64,000 nt of DNA from Felis catus (Eukaryota): NCBI RefSeq assembly GCF_018350175.1, contig NC_058368.1:54934001-54998000 (forward strand), in the 5' to 3' direction. The notes below the pieces were generated by a model, which was given only the letters and a program-made list of their open reading frames with translations, was not told where the DNA came from and did not search any database. Position numbers and translations under genes: made by a program. Below, in pieces: positions 1 through 13,236 of this stretch. Position 1 is the first letter of the stretch, and each line of letters starts with the position of its first letter.

Positions 1-120
1 TAATATTCTCCATTTTTTGAAGGAAGTAACTAACAACCTACACGGGGCACTATGATAATTTAGCCAGATCTCACGTTAATAATAAATGTCTTAAGTTCCC
101 CCCTCCCCGCCTGCCCCACC

Positions 121-410
121 AAGGAACCTCCATACTGTTTTCCACAGTAGTTACACTGTGGAAATATACATTCCAACCAATAGTGCACAAGGGGTCCATT
201 TTCTCCACATCCTTACCAACACATATTATTTCTTGCCTTTTGATTCTAGCCATTCTGACTGGTATAGAGTGACATCTGATTGTAGTTTTGATTTGTATTT
301 CCCTGATGATTAGTGAAATTGAACATCTTTTCATGTGTCTGTTGGCCATCTGCATGTATTCTTTGGAAAAATGTCTATTCAGGTCCTCTGCCCATTTTTT
401 TAATCAGCTT
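121..410 (-). mobile_element. L1 ORF2 C-terminal fragment, inverted 5' part of a carnivore L1
   Basis: ORF 71..355(-) [29 protein letters not shown]... is the L1 ORF2p Cys-rich C-terminus. Confidence 0.9.
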
Positions 411-1050
411 ATATGTGAAAAACAGTAGAGAAGTTTCTCAAAAAATTGAAGATAGAAATACCATATGATCCAGTAATTCCCCTAGTAGGCATTTAACTAA
501 AGAAAATGAAAACACTAACTCAAAAAGATATATGTGCTTCTATGTTTATTACAGCATTGTTTATAAAATCCAAGAAACGGGAAACAACCCAGTGTCCATC
601 TTTAGATGACTGGATAAAGAAGATGTGGTATATTTTCTTACATCATCATAGATGGACCCAGAAGGTATTATGCTAAGTGAAATAACTCAGACAGAGGAAG
701 ATAAATATCATATGATTTCACTTATACATAAAATCTAAAAAACAAAACAAACAAAACAAATAGAGTCTTAAATACAGAGAACAAACTTGTGGTTGCCAGA
801 AGGGAGACAGGTAGGAGGAGGATGGGTAAAATAGAAAAAGAGGATTAAGGGATACAATCTTCCACTTATAAGTAAGTCATGGAGATAAAAATATAGTATT
901 GGAAATACAGTCAATAATATTTTAATAACTTTTTGTGGTGACAGATAGTGACTACATTTATCATGGTGGGCACTGAGTAATGCATAGAACTGTTGAATAA
1001 TTATGTTGTACACCTAAAACTAAAACATTTTAAATTAATTATACTTCACT
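411..1050 (+). mobile_element. Carnivore L1 3' end (ORF2 end plus 3'UTR)
   Basis: gaaataccatatgatccagtaattcc, ggtattatgctaagtgaaata and tgttgtacacctaaaact are typical L1 3' motifs. Confidence 0.9.
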
Positions 1051-1053
1051 AAT

Positions 1054-1266
1054 ATTTTTTAACATTTATTCATTTTTGAGAGACAGAGAGAGAGACAGAG
1101 TATGAGCAGGGAAGGGGCAGAGAGAGAGGGAGACACAGAATCCAAAGCAGGCTCCAGGCTCTGAGCTGTCAGCACAGAGCCCAACGCAGGGCTCAAACTT
1201 ATGAACTGAGAGATCATGACCCCAGCCGAAGTCGGACGCTCAACCGACTGAGCCACCCAGGCGCCC
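1054..1266 (-). mobile_element. CanSINE (felid SINEC)
   Basis: Reverse complement of GGGCGCCTGGGTGGCTCAG head, (CT)n and A tail; TSD atacttca-c/a-taata. Confidence 0.97.
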
Positions 1267-1319
1267 TGATACTTCAATAATAATTTTTAAAAAACAATGA
1301 ATAATTTTTTACACAACCT

Positions 1320-1635
1320 ACTGTAAGTGCTGCCAGCAAACAGCTTGCAGCTATCAGCCTTCCTCAGGAATCACCCTCTACTGAGGAGAGCTGCTTCAAC
1401 CGAAACCACCGTCAAAGGGACATCCAAAGACTGATGCTTAAGAACAGCTCAGCTTCCTTGCCTCAATTCCAAAGGGCCATCCTAGCTTCAGAGCTCCAAG
1501 GGTTTGATGGAGAAATTTTTTTAAAACTGTAGCTGACCCTAACATATTACTTTCTCTTCCTCTTTGTTTCCTAACAGTCTCTTGCACTAAAATCTTGGTC
1601 TCAATATAGTATACTCCAGGGAACTCAATTAGTCA
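1320..1635 (+). mobile_element. Ancient ERVL-class LTR remnant (LTR16-like)
   Basis: ccttgcctcaattc...gggccatcctagcttcagagctcc and end ...ctccagggaactcaa resemble ERVL LTR 3' ends. Confidence 0.45.
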
Positions 1636-1947
1636 TATAGCCACAAAGAAAATAAGCAAATGAATGACATTTCACAATTAAAGGTAAAAAGTTATAGACC
1701 AATAAACAAATAATAATAAACACACAAAACTTTCCACTGGCAAATGGTAAATTCTCAGCAAACAAGTGTCTAAAAAATTCTTTAGAAACAAGGAAAATAA
1801 ACTGAAGATCAAAGTTTCAAGAAATAAATTTGAACAAACAGGTAATCAAAAGGATAATTGTCATCAACTGCTGGCATAAACAAGGATAAAAATAATGAGC
1901 AATGTTGGTGAATAACAAAACAAGTGAAATTAAAATACTGGACAATA

Positions 1948-2162
1948 GGGGCGCCTGGGTGGCGCAGTCGGTTAAGCGTCCGACTTCAGCCAGGTCACGA
2001 TCTCGCGGTCCGAGAGTTCGAGCCCCGCGTCAGGCTCTGGGATGATGGCTCGGAGTCTGGAGCCTGTTTCCGATTCTGTGTCTCCCTCTCTCTCTGCCCC
2101 TCCCCCGTTCATGCTCTGTTTCTCTCTGTCCCAAAAATAAATAAACGTTGAAAAAAAAAATT
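1948..2162 (+). mobile_element. Young SINEC_Fc-type CanSINE
   Basis: CpG-rich head ggggcgcctgggtggcgcagtcggttaagcgtccg; perfect TSD taaaatactggacaata. Confidence 0.98.
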
Positions 2163-2468
2163 TAAAATACTGGACAATAATAAAATGTGTAATATGAGAG
2201 AGTATAAGGAAAACCACTTCTTTCCTAAGACCTCTGTACTATAAGAATAAGAATGGGAGCAGTACTAGCAAGATTTAATAATAATGATTACAATAGACTA
2301 TTAAAAACAATGTATATAAACATATTTGTAAATGTAAATACATTAGACAATATTCTAATTTTAAAAACCTCTATCTAAATAAACTGTTCCAAAAACAAAT
2401 AGAAAAGCAAATCAACTTATTACCATTCAGATAATAGTATAACCTTGCTTAAAAATAATTATATATTA

Positions 2469-2677
2469 GGGGCGCCTGGGTGGCTCAGTTGGTTAAACGT
2501 CCAACTTCGGCTCAGGTCATGATCTCACGGTTGGTGAGTTCGAGACCCACATCGGGCTCTGTGCTGACAGCTCGGAACCTGGAGCCTGCTTTGGATTCTG
2601 TCTCCTTCTCTCTCTGCCCCTCCCCACTTGTGCTCTCTCTGTCTCTCAAAAATAAATAAATGTAAAAAAAAATTTTT
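2469..2677 (+). mobile_element. CanSINE
   Basis: Full head, (CT)n, AATAAA tail; TSD aattata-t/c-att. Confidence 0.97.
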
Positions 2678-2690
2678 TAAATTATACATT

Positions 2691-2890
2691 GGGGTGCATA
2701 AGTGGCTCAGTCAGTTAAGCTTCCATCTTCTGCTCAGTTCATGATCTCATGGTTCATGAGTTCTAGCCCTACGTTGGGCTCTCTGCCATCAGCACAGAGC
2801 CCACTTGGGATCCTCTGTCTCCCTTTCTCTGCTCCATACCTGATCTTGTGTCCTGTCTCTCTCTCTCTCAAAAATAAACATTAAAAACAT
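2691..2890 (+). mobile_element. Older CanSINE
   Basis: Diverged head ggggtgcataagtggctcag; flanking gcttaaaa(a)taatta repeat. Confidence 0.93.
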
Positions 2891-3139
2891 GCTTAAAATA
2901 ATTACACATTATATTAGGCCAATATTATAAATAATGGTAATGGAAAATTAGTAAATAAAATATTTATCAACAAAAACCTACAATGCTCAGACATTTTAAC
3001 ATCATTCTTTAGCCTAGAAATGTAAGACATGTTAATATTAGGAAATATATTTCAGGATATTCACAGATCATTAGGGAAAAACTACTAATATTACACTGGA
3101 TGTAGAGAGAAGCATTCCAAAGCAAATTCATGAATAACA

Positions 3140-3790
3140 AAACAATGACACCAATACCACTTCTAAATAAAAATCTTCAGTAAGATGCTACTACACAACC
3201 ACTACAATGTCTATAATCAAAAAGAGATAATAAAAAGTGTTTATGAGGATCTGGAGAAACTGAAGTCATATAACGCTTTTAGAAATGCAAAATGACAAAG
3301 CAATTTTGAAAAACAGTTTGACAGTTTCTGAAAATGTTAAACATAAACTTAAAATACAATGTACCAATTTCACTCCTAGGAATCTATTAAAAAGAAATGG
3401 AAGCATATGTCTACAAAAAGGCACAAATATGCAGTTCACAGCAGCACTATTCATCTAAAAAAACTGAACAATCGTCCAACTAGTGAATGGATAAATAAAA
3501 AGTGGCATATCCATGCAATAGAATACTGTTCAACAATTTAAAGTAACAAACTACTGATGCATTCTATAAAACAGATGATTTGCAAAAACATTATGGTAAG
3601 TAAAAAAAAAAGTCAAAAACAAAAGATTTCTTGCATGATTCTATTTATATGAAATTTCCAGAAAAGGCAAATTTCTGTAAACAGATTAGTATTTGCCTAG
3701 GGAATAATAGAAGTGGAATCTTTTCCAGGTGATGGAAATATTGTAAAACCACATTTGTGGCCATTGTTGCATGACTTATACATTTAAAAA
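3140..3790 (+). mobile_element. Old L1M 3' region
   Basis: gtgaatggataaataaaaagtggcatatccatgcaatagaatactg and ggtgatggaaatattgtaaaa. Confidence 0.8.
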
Positions 3791-5830
3791 AATGTATCAA
3801 TAACAAATTTAAAGCTTAGTGGCTTTTCACAAAGAATTACCATCCATGTACAGATAACCAACACACAGATTGATAAATAGAACTTGCATCCCAGATACTC
3901 TCCTCATGGCCTTCTCTGTCACATATTACCCCAAAGGTAAATCCTTCTAATTTTTAGATCTACATATATTGGGTAAACTTTGAGTAACTAAATTAAATAC
4001 TATTATGTCTGCCTACATTTGTTTAACATTGAGAGATTTATCTGTTACTTCATATGGCAGTTTATCATTTTCATTGCTGCAAAGTAATACATTATATATC
4101 TCAATTCAATTATTCATTCTTTGTGTTCAAATTTTTATTTAAACTCCAGTTAGTTAACATACAGTGTAATATTAATTTCAGGTGTGCAGTATAGTAATTC
4201 AACTTCCATACATCACCCAGTGCTCATCACAAGTGCATTTCTTATTGCCCATTGCCTACTTAACCCACCCCTCCTCACCCTCATTTATTTTTGATGGACA
4301 TTTGAGTTACTTGCTGGTTTTGTCTACTTTTAAAAAATCTACTTTTTTGTATGTATCTTTTGTTTGCACGTTTGTAGGCCTTTCTGTTGAATATATAACA
4401 GGATGAAATTTCTGAGTCAAAAGGGATGTGTTTATTTAGCTTTAATAATTATGTGTAGTTTCCCAACATGGTGCTAATTTATACTTCCATGAACAGAATG
4501 TCAGATTTCCAATCACTTACCCTCTTTTAAGTGTGTGTATAATTAAATCCTAGTGATGTTTTGTTTCTCCATTATCATGGGTGAAATTGGACATCTTTTA
4601 ACATAGTTATTAGTCATTTACTCTATTTTATAGTGCCTATTCCACACATTTGTTCATTTTTTAAAATTGTTGCCTTTTCTTCCCATTGATCTTAGGCAAC
4701 TATACATACTCTGATAACATTTGTGAATTGAAAATATGGTCCTTCACTCCATGACTTGAGTTTTATCTATTTTAAATGGTATTGTTTGACAAGAATTTTA
4801 TATTTGAATGAAAACCAATTAATCAATCATGATTTAATTGATTTTAATTATTTTTGATTTTTTTTTCTTTTCTATATGGACAATCCAATCATACCACTTG
4901 CAAAAAAAAAAAGTTTTATTTCATTTCCTATTATTACCACTTTTATTTACTTTTCTTAACATTCTACATTCATTAGGACTCCTAGCAAACATAAAAATGA
5001 AGTTGTGAGAACAGAAATATTTATATCATTCCTTCTTTCAGGGAGAGCATTCAAAATTTTACCAATAAGAATGAATATTATAGAAGTTCAGTACCTAGTT
5101 TTTTATAAGATTAAGGACATCCTCTTAATTTTCCTTTACTGACAACATTTTTTTCTTTTCTAAATGAGAGGTAAAATGAATAAATGTATTTTCTGCAAAT
5201 ATTCTTCTGTTAATTGGGTGAATTGCATTTTTTACTTTTTTAATATTAAATCCATTCATGTAATAAGCTTGCCCTTTTGCAATATGTCCTCCTTTTATAT
5301 ATCACTGGATTTGACTTGCTAACACACTGATTAGGAATTTTGCATCTTTATATATAAGGCAGATTAACATACAATTTTACTTTCTTGTTACATACTTTTG
5401 GTAAAATAATATAGTGGTCTTCTTAAATAATGCAAGAAACATGTCTTCTCTGTTTTCTCAAAAAGTTATGTAGCAATGATGTTACTTCTTTTGTATATGT
5501 TTGCAAGAACTAATTGGAAAAACCATTTGAATGTGTAGTTCAACTGGTGTGACAGTTTTAGGTATAAAATCTATCCCTTCATAAAATTTTGAAATATTAG
5601 GATTTTATATTTTTGTGTCAATTTTGTTAGGTTTTCTAGCAATGTGTCCACGTTACCTAAATTTTATAATATACTGTTTTTAGCCAGGGTTGTTCATAAT
5701 AGTTTCTTTTTGGTTTAAAGACAATAAAATCACTGAAGTGATTTCTCCTTTTAATTCTTAATATTAGTAATTGCACTATCTCTTTTTTGGCTCTCTGTTG
5801 CCAGGTGGTTTCAATCTTACTGGTTTTTAA
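3790..5830 (-). mobile_element. Old, highly decayed L1M (3'UTR to ORF2), continuing patchily to about 7560
   Basis: T-rich antisense L1 motifs such as gatggacatttgagtt, gggagagcattcaaaattttacca and aggaattttgcatct. Confidence 0.7.
4130..4281 (-). mobile_element. Short carnivore L1 3' terminus nested in the old L1M
   Basis: ccagttagttaacatacagtg...catcacccagtgctcatcacaagtg. Confidence 0.85.
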
Positions 5831-5835
5831 AAAAA

Positions 5836-6050
5836 GGGGTGCCTTGGTGGCTCAGTCAGTTAGTTCGACTTCGGCTCAGGTCACGATCTCATGGCTTGTG
5901 AGTGACTTGAGTTTGAGCCCCACAGCCAGTACTCTGTGCTGACAGCTCAGAGTCCAGAGCCTCCAATTCTGTGTCTTGGTTTCTGCCCCTCCTCCACTCG
6001 TGCTTTGTCTCTCTCATTCTCTTGCTCAAAAAATAAGTAAACATTAAAAA
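5836..6050 (+). mobile_element. CanSINE (diverged, internal indels)
   Basis: ggggtgccttggtggctcagtcag head and A-rich tail. Confidence 0.92.
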
Positions 6051-6427
6051 GATTGAAAAGAAAAAATATCTTCAGATATGTTAATTCTATGGTACATTTT
6101 CCATTTATTAAGGGTAGCATGATGTTTATATTATTTCTTATCTTTCCAAGAAAGCAGCGTATTCTCAGATCACTGATTTTCAAGTCTTATTTTTAACGTA
6201 TGTATTTACAATTTAAAATTAACACTAGATTGATTTTAGTTTTATTCTGTAAGTTTTGATATATTTTTATTAATACTCAGTTTAAAATATTTTTGAAATT
6301 TAATTATGAATTCATTTTCTACCCTTTAGAGTATTGCTTAAAATATAAAGGAACACTTTATTATCTATTATTTTTATAGCCCAGTTCTACTATAATGAGA
6401 TAATATACCTTTTATGATTTTATTATT

Positions 6428-6635
6428 GTTTTTTTAACATTTATTTATTTTTGAGACAGAGAGAGACAGAGCATGAACGGGGGAGGGTCAGAGAGAGGGA
6501 GACACAGAATCCGAAACAGGCTCCAGGCTCTGAGCTGTCAGCACAAGCCCAACGCGGGGCTCGAACTCATGGACCGCGAGATCATGACCTGAGCCAAAGT
6601 CGGCCGCTTAACCAACTGAGCCACCCAGGCGCCCC
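6428..6635 (-). mobile_element. CanSINE
   Basis: Full antisense element; TSD tattattgttttt. Confidence 0.97.
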
Positions 6636-6672
6636 ATTATTATTGTTTTTAAAAGACACTTGTTTAAAGTGC

Positions 6673-6689
6673 TACTACTACTACTACTA

Positions 6690-6724
<35 letters not shown>
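6673..6724. repeat. Compound (TAC)n(CA)n microsatellite
   Basis: Directly visible. Confidence 0.97.
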
Positions 6725-6725
<1 letters not shown>

Positions 6726-7159
6726 TATGCACACACTAGGTGTCATGTTATATATAAGTCCACTGGGAAATTTTGTAAATAGAATTGCTTAAATATTTTA
6801 TACTTTTCTTGTTACTGCCTTTGCTTATTTTCTATCTTATTTGAGACTTACGTTGAATTTACTTATTGTTTGAGGATTTCTATTCTTTTTAGTTATTTCA
6901 ATTGAACCTACTTAACATATGCATCCTAATCTTAAATCATTACATTTTTTAAGATAGATCAGCCCTTTTATCAACAGGAAATGTTCTTTTGCTACAGTCA
7001 TTTCTCTTATATTAAAACCTACCATATGTGTTATTGATATAGTTACATTAACTTTCTTTTAGGTAGTATGTGTACTGTGTATATTTTTCAATTATTTTAC
7101 TTCCTATAGATTTATATTTAAGGTATGTTTCCTATAAGCTGAATACAACTTTATTAAAA

Positions 7160-7179
7160 AGTTTTTAATGTTTATTTTT

Positions 7180-7221
<42 letters not shown>

Positions 7222-7382
7222 TGAGTGGGGGAGGTTCAGAGAGAGGGAGACACAGAATCCAAGGCAGGCTCCAGGCTCAACTGCCAGCACAGAGCCTGAC
7301 AGGGGCCTCGAACTCACGAACTGCAAGATCATGACCTGAGCCAAAGTCAGATGCTTAACCGACTGAGCTATCCAGGCGTCCC
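7160..7382 (-). mobile_element. CanSINE with (GA)n expansion
   Basis: TSD ctgaatacaa-c/t-tt. Confidence 0.96.
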
Positions 7383-7577
7383 TGAATACAATTTTCAACT
7401 CAGGTTGAATATAGCTATTTTAATTGTATTTTATATTTATGTTCAGTGAAATTACTCATGTGTTGTGATTTCAATCTATAATTTTATTATATGTTTTCTC
7501 TGTGTTCTACCAATGTTTTTTTTCATTCTTACATTATTTTGAATGAATTGTTTTTATCTTCTCTGTACAATTTTCAT

Positions 7578-9412
7578 TTAGAGTGCCAAGAATACACAAT
7601 TGGGAAAAGATGTTGTGGTCTCTTCAACAAATGGTTATTGAAAAAAGTGGATATTCACATGCAAAAAGATGAAAACTGGACCCCTACCTTATACATAAAA
7701 ATAAACTCAAAATGGAATACATTAAAGGCTTCACTGTAAGACCCAAAATAGTAAAACTCCTACAACAAAACATAGAAGAAATGTTTCTTGACATTGGTCT
7801 TGGCAATTATTTCTTGGATATGACACCAAAAGCACAAGCAACAATAGCAAAAATTGGATAAGCGGGACAAATAAGACAGATGGAACATCCCAAAAATAAA
7901 AAGGCAACCTGTGGAATGGGAGAAAATATCTGGAAAACCATAGGTCTGATTAGGGGTTAATATCCAAAATATACAACTCCTACAACTCAAGAGCAACATA
8001 TATAAATAAATAAAATAAAATACTCTGATTTTAAAATTGGCTACAGATTTGAGTATTTTTTTCAAAAAAGACATACAAATGGCAAATAGGTATATGAAAT
8101 GTGGCTCAGCATCATTAGTTATGAGGGAAATGTAAATAAAAATTAGAAGATCGTACCTCACATCTTTGACGATGTGGTTACTGTGAAGAAGGAAAAAAAA
8201 AGCGTTGGCAAGGTTGTAGAGAAATTAAAACCTTTGTACTTGTTGGTAGGAATGTAAAATGATGCAGAAACTATAGAAAACAGTATGGGGGTTCCACCAA
8301 CAATTAAAAATAAAAATACTACATGATTCAGCAATCTACCTTTTGTGTCTATAACCCAAAGAATTGAAATGAGGATCTTGAAGAGACCTTTGCACTTCCA
8401 TGTTCACTGCAGCTTTATTCACCACAGCCATGACATGGAACCAACATGAATGTCCATCAATAGATCAAAGAATTAAAAATAAGACTACTATAGATCCAGA
8501 AATCCCATTTCTGGGTCAATTTTGAAAATAACCTAAAGCAGGAACTCAAAGACATATCTGATTCCCATCTTTACTGCATATTGTTCACAACTGCCAGGAT
8601 ATGTACACTAAATATGTCCATGGACAGATGAATGGATAAAGAAAATGTGGTATATTCATACAATGTAATAGTATTCAGTTTTGTAAAGAACAAATAAATC
8701 ATAACATTTGAAACATTAAGAAACCTGGAGTACATGATGTTAAATGAAATGTTAGTAATAGCAGCTAAAATACTACACGATTGCACTTACATGAGGCAAC
8801 TTAATCAAGCTTATAGAAGCAGAGAATAGAATAGTGATCGCCAAGGTCTGGGGAAAGGGTAAAGTGGGGAGATGTTGTGCAATGGGTATAAAGTTTCAGT
8901 TATGTAAAATGAGTAAGTTCTGAAGATATTCTGTACAAAACTTGCCTACAATTAATAATACTGTATTGTGCATTTAAAAAATTTGTCAACAGTTTAAGTC
9001 TCATATTAAGTGTTCTTACCAACAAAAAGCGGGGTAGGACGAAACTTTTAGAGGGGATAGATATGCTTATTACCTTGACTGTGGTGATGGTGAATTGTTC
9101 AATGGGTATAAAGTTAAAAGTTTCAATTATGGAAAATGAGTAAGTTCTAGAGATCTGCTGTAAAACATAGTGTCTATAGTTAACAACAAAACGTTATACA
9201 CTTCAAAATTTAAGATGGTAAATCTCATGTTGAGTTTTCTTACCATAAAAGGGGAGGGGTGCTACCAAGCATCTTTGGGAAGTGTTGGATATGTCCATTA
9301 CTTCCATTGAGGTGATGGATCACAGGCATATGTCCAAACTCACCAAACTGTATATTTTAAACATGCAAAATTTTTTGTATGACAATTATACCTCAATAAA
9401 GCTGTTAAAAGT
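7578..9412 (+). mobile_element. L1MA-type 3' portion with internal duplications
   Basis: ORF2 3' motifs (tcttcaacaaatgg, gacattggtcttggcaat) and terminus tatacctcaataaagctgtt. Confidence 0.88.
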
Positions 9413-10178
9413 TGCTTATAAGTTGAAAGAGTTCTATTTTTTCTTAATCATTAAAAAGGAGGTGAAAAAATAGCAGTATGGTTATTATAAAAAATCATAT
9501 GCAAACTGAAGTTCCATTGATTCCAAATTAGAAGACAATTTTCTTCTCCTTTTTTTTTCCTTTTCCCTGTTATAGAAGGATTTTTTCCCTGTGTAAACTA
9601 ATAGTTAGATACCATTGTGACACTAACCCATGAAGTCGTTTTAAGTCAAACATATTTTACTGCAGACCTAGAAATATCCAAATTTAGGGAATTACTCAAT
9701 GCTAGTCTTTCAAAAGATACTGTAAACAAAATCTTTACCCTACTTAGGAGGAAGATTAAGCAGGAATAACTCCAGAATCTCCTTGTTTTCCTTTCTGCAT
9801 TTGTCTTTTTTATTCAGACCCTCTATCTCATTACGCCAGGCTTAATAATTGCTCTTCGTCCAGCAGTTTCTTCTCCAGTTCTACCCAACCTCTTTACTTT
9901 TTGAGAAGAAAAATCAAATCTATTCTTGTTAATCCACTGCGTAGAGAATCTGAACGTTAATTACTCTCCATAGTAAATATCTCAATTAACAGACCAGCCA
10001 GTACTTTTCACAAACTGGTTCCAATCTAAATTAGCAAGTAGTATGTGCCCTAATATTTTAAATTCCTTGTTTTTATGCAGAAATGTTATTTTGTGCTCTA
10101 TTTTATATGATGTATACTCTTCTTTTCATGTTAGTTACTATGAAAAAAGAAAGATAAATCATAATACCTTATCTGGTA

Positions 10179-10386
10179 TTTTTTAAATGTTTTTTGTTTG
10201 TTTGTTTTTGAGAGAGAGAGTGCGTGCATATGAGCAGGGGAGGGGCAGAGAGAAAGGGAGAGAGGGAATCCAACAGGCTCCACACTCAGTGCTTACTATG
10301 CAGGGCTCAATCTCCCAAACCACGATATCATGACCTGGGCCAAAATCAAAGTAGGATGCTTAACTGACTGAGCCACCTAGGTGCCT
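10179..10386 (-). mobile_element. CanSINE
   Basis: Antisense head ...gactgagccacctaggtgcc; TSD ttatctggtattt/ttacctgatattt. Confidence 0.93.
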
Positions 10387-10744
10387 TGTTACCTGATATT
10401 TTAATAACTGTGTCGCATAATACCATTTATTTTAGTATTTCTTACTTCCTTTATAGACAGGATAAATTACACCTTATCTGAAAGTCCAACATAAAGATAT
10501 TAAGGCAAAAGTACATTGAAAAAGGAGCAAATGAGGTTTCTTCTGTGAGTGGGATTCTTGCTCAGAGCTATTATATTTGCATATATTAATACCTAACCCA
10601 ACTCTTCCCCTGCTTTGACAGAGAAAACAAGGAATTTCTGTTAATTATCCTCTATTAATTATTAAACTTCTTTCCTTTTTTTTTGAAAATGTGTTATTAA
10701 TGCTTAGTACTGGGAACTTATTCTACTCTAAAATGTTAAAAATT

Positions 10745-10955
10745 GGGCCACCTGGATGGCTCAGTTGGTTAAGCGTCTGGCTCTTGATTTCAGCTCAAGT
10801 CATGATCTCATGGTTCATGCAGTCAAGTCCCACATGGGGCTCTGGGCTGACAATGTAGAACCTTCTTGAGATTCTCTCTTTCTCACCCTCCCCAGCTCAC
10901 ACACACATGCTCTCTCCCTCTCTTGCACTCTTCAAAACAAACTTTAAAAAATTTT
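10745..10955 (+). mobile_element. CanSINE (older)
   Basis: gggccacctggatggctcagttggttaag; TSD aaatg-t/c-taaaaat. Confidence 0.93.
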
Positions 10956-11940
10956 AAATGCTAAAAATGACTTATTTTAATTTGAATTATTATAATCATT
11001 TGAACCTCATATTGAACCTATCATAGTGACAGTACTTCAGCATCTCATAATATATACAGTAAATTATAAACATAAAAAGTCTACGGTTAATAGCAGGTTA
11101 AAGACTGATAAGACAACATAAGACATTAGTGAATGAAATGAGAAAGATCCTCAAATCAAGCTTATATTTTTGAATGATTTTTATTATTTTAATTTCTTCA
11201 ACACTACTATAGTCAATAATAACGTTGCAATTAACACTTCTTAAGCACATGATATTTAAATTTTATTTAGGTGCCTTAAAATCAATTTTAAACAACACAT
11301 TTAATTCTTGTTATACTTCAAAGTGTTTCATATAACTTAACCTCTCTTGATAAATTTACATTATTAACTTTCAAATACATTAATTAAAAAAATACTTCTC
11401 AAATAGAATGAGAAAATTAAATTTAGAAGCCCTTTAATGTGTAAGTAAAATAACATACATATACATGTCCATAATCTTTTCATTCCTGGGTCACCTTATT
11501 GATTTAGTCATCTCTGTGCACAGTAGGACTATCTTTCATTAGCAGTCATTTAGACTTTACCTTATAGAAGTAATCTTTTAACAAAGTTATGATGATAAAC
11601 TCCAATTGAATTCTTATGGATAAAAAATCATACAGCAGTTACCTTGAATCATTTTGTTTCTCACGAGTACCTAAAATCAATTAAATGGCATATTTCGCAT
11701 GAAAGCTAGCTTCATAGTTTTAGAGTAAACATGATATATCTTGACATGAGAGTTACCTTTCATCTTTTTTCCTAAGGACATGAACAGACACTAATGGCCT
11801 TGTCCCAAGTTTCCTCTTACCACATTCATATATTTTTAATGATTCTCTTTTATTGTAAATTCTGTTTGAAACGATGTAAAAGGGTTTTGGCATGACCTAG
11901 AATAGAGTTACCTTTTATTTATTTCTTTCCAGAGTTATTT

Positions 11941-12152
11941 TTTTAATGTTTATTATTTGAGAGACAGAGAGACAGAGAGGCAGAGTGAAAGCAGGGGAGA
12001 GGCAGAGACAGAGAGAGACACAGAATCTGAAGCAGGCTCCAGGCTTTGAGCTGTCAGCACAGGGCCCGACAAGGGGCTAGAACTCACGAACCCTGAGATG
12101 GTGACCTGAGCCAAGGTCGGACTCTTAACCGACTGAGTCACCCAGGCGCCCC
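11941..12152 (-). mobile_element. CanSINE
   Basis: TSD ccagag-t/c-tat. Confidence 0.96.
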
Positions 12153-12179
12153 AGAGCTATCTTTTAAAATCAGTAAGAA

Positions 12180-12409
12180 GGGGTGTCAGGGTGGCCCAGT
12201 CGGTTGGGTGTCTGACTTCAGCTCAGGTCATGATCTCACAGTTTGTGGGCCCCACGTCGGATTCTGTGCTGACAGCTCAGAGCTTGGAGCCTGCTTCAGA
12301 TTCTGTGTCTTCCTCTCTCTCTGTCCCTCCCTTGCTTGCACTCTGTCTCTCTCTCTCTTCCAAAATAAATAAACGTTAAAAATTAATTAATTAATAATTA
12401 AATAAAAAA
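12180..12409 (+). mobile_element. CanSINE
   Basis: TSD taaaatcagtaagaa. Confidence 0.96.
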
Positions 12410-12648
12410 TAAAATCAGTAAGAAAACCATCAATTTTGTAATTCTACCATAAATAACTAACATGGTTGTGTTTTCTAAATATAAATGTATATTCTTTTGT
12501 TTTTAATAATTCTTCACTCATGGAAAGAAATAACTTTTCTTCTTTGCCACCAAAGGTAGACAGAGAAATACCAGAAAGAAATGAGAAAAAATAGGAGTTA
12601 AGGAATAAGACCCAGAAATAAGGACAAAAAGTCTTATAAATCAGTACT

Positions 12649-12728
12649 GAAGGAAGGAAGAAGGAAGGAAGGAAGGAAGGAAGGAAGGAAGGAAGGAAGG
12701 AAGGAAGGAAAGAAAGGAAAGGAAGGAA
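12649..12728. repeat. (GGAA)n microsatellite
   Basis: Directly visible. Confidence 0.97.
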
Positions 12729-13236
12729 AAAAATATAGCTACATTTTCAGAGTGATTTTGAAAGCAGAATGCTAAATTTCCCAGGTGTTTGGGAAATTCA
12801 AGATGAGACTATCAAGCGGAAGGGGTTGATGAAATGTAGCTGAAAGGATCTATTCTCATAGGATAAGTCATCACAGAACCAAACTTTTGCAAAAAGGAAT
12901 TCAGATATAAAGGGAAGGCAGTAAATAGAATAGAATCAGCTGCTTCTTTATAACCTGCAATATTTCACACTTTGGAGCCCCTGACACACAGAGGTACTGA
13001 CAGAGATCAGAAGGACACTATACAAAAACAATACCAAAACAAACCTCACCAGGTAACTTCTTGACAGTAGGGTCCAGAGCAGAGTCCCTCCAACTTCTTC
13101 AAGCTCCTCAGGCTCCTGAGAAATGTAGCTTTGAGCACGGTCTTACAGTTCAGGCATATATAAACAAGCAAAAAAAAAAAAAAAAAACACGACGGCTCTA
13201 TCTCTACGAATGCGTGCTTAGAAAACAGACATATCA

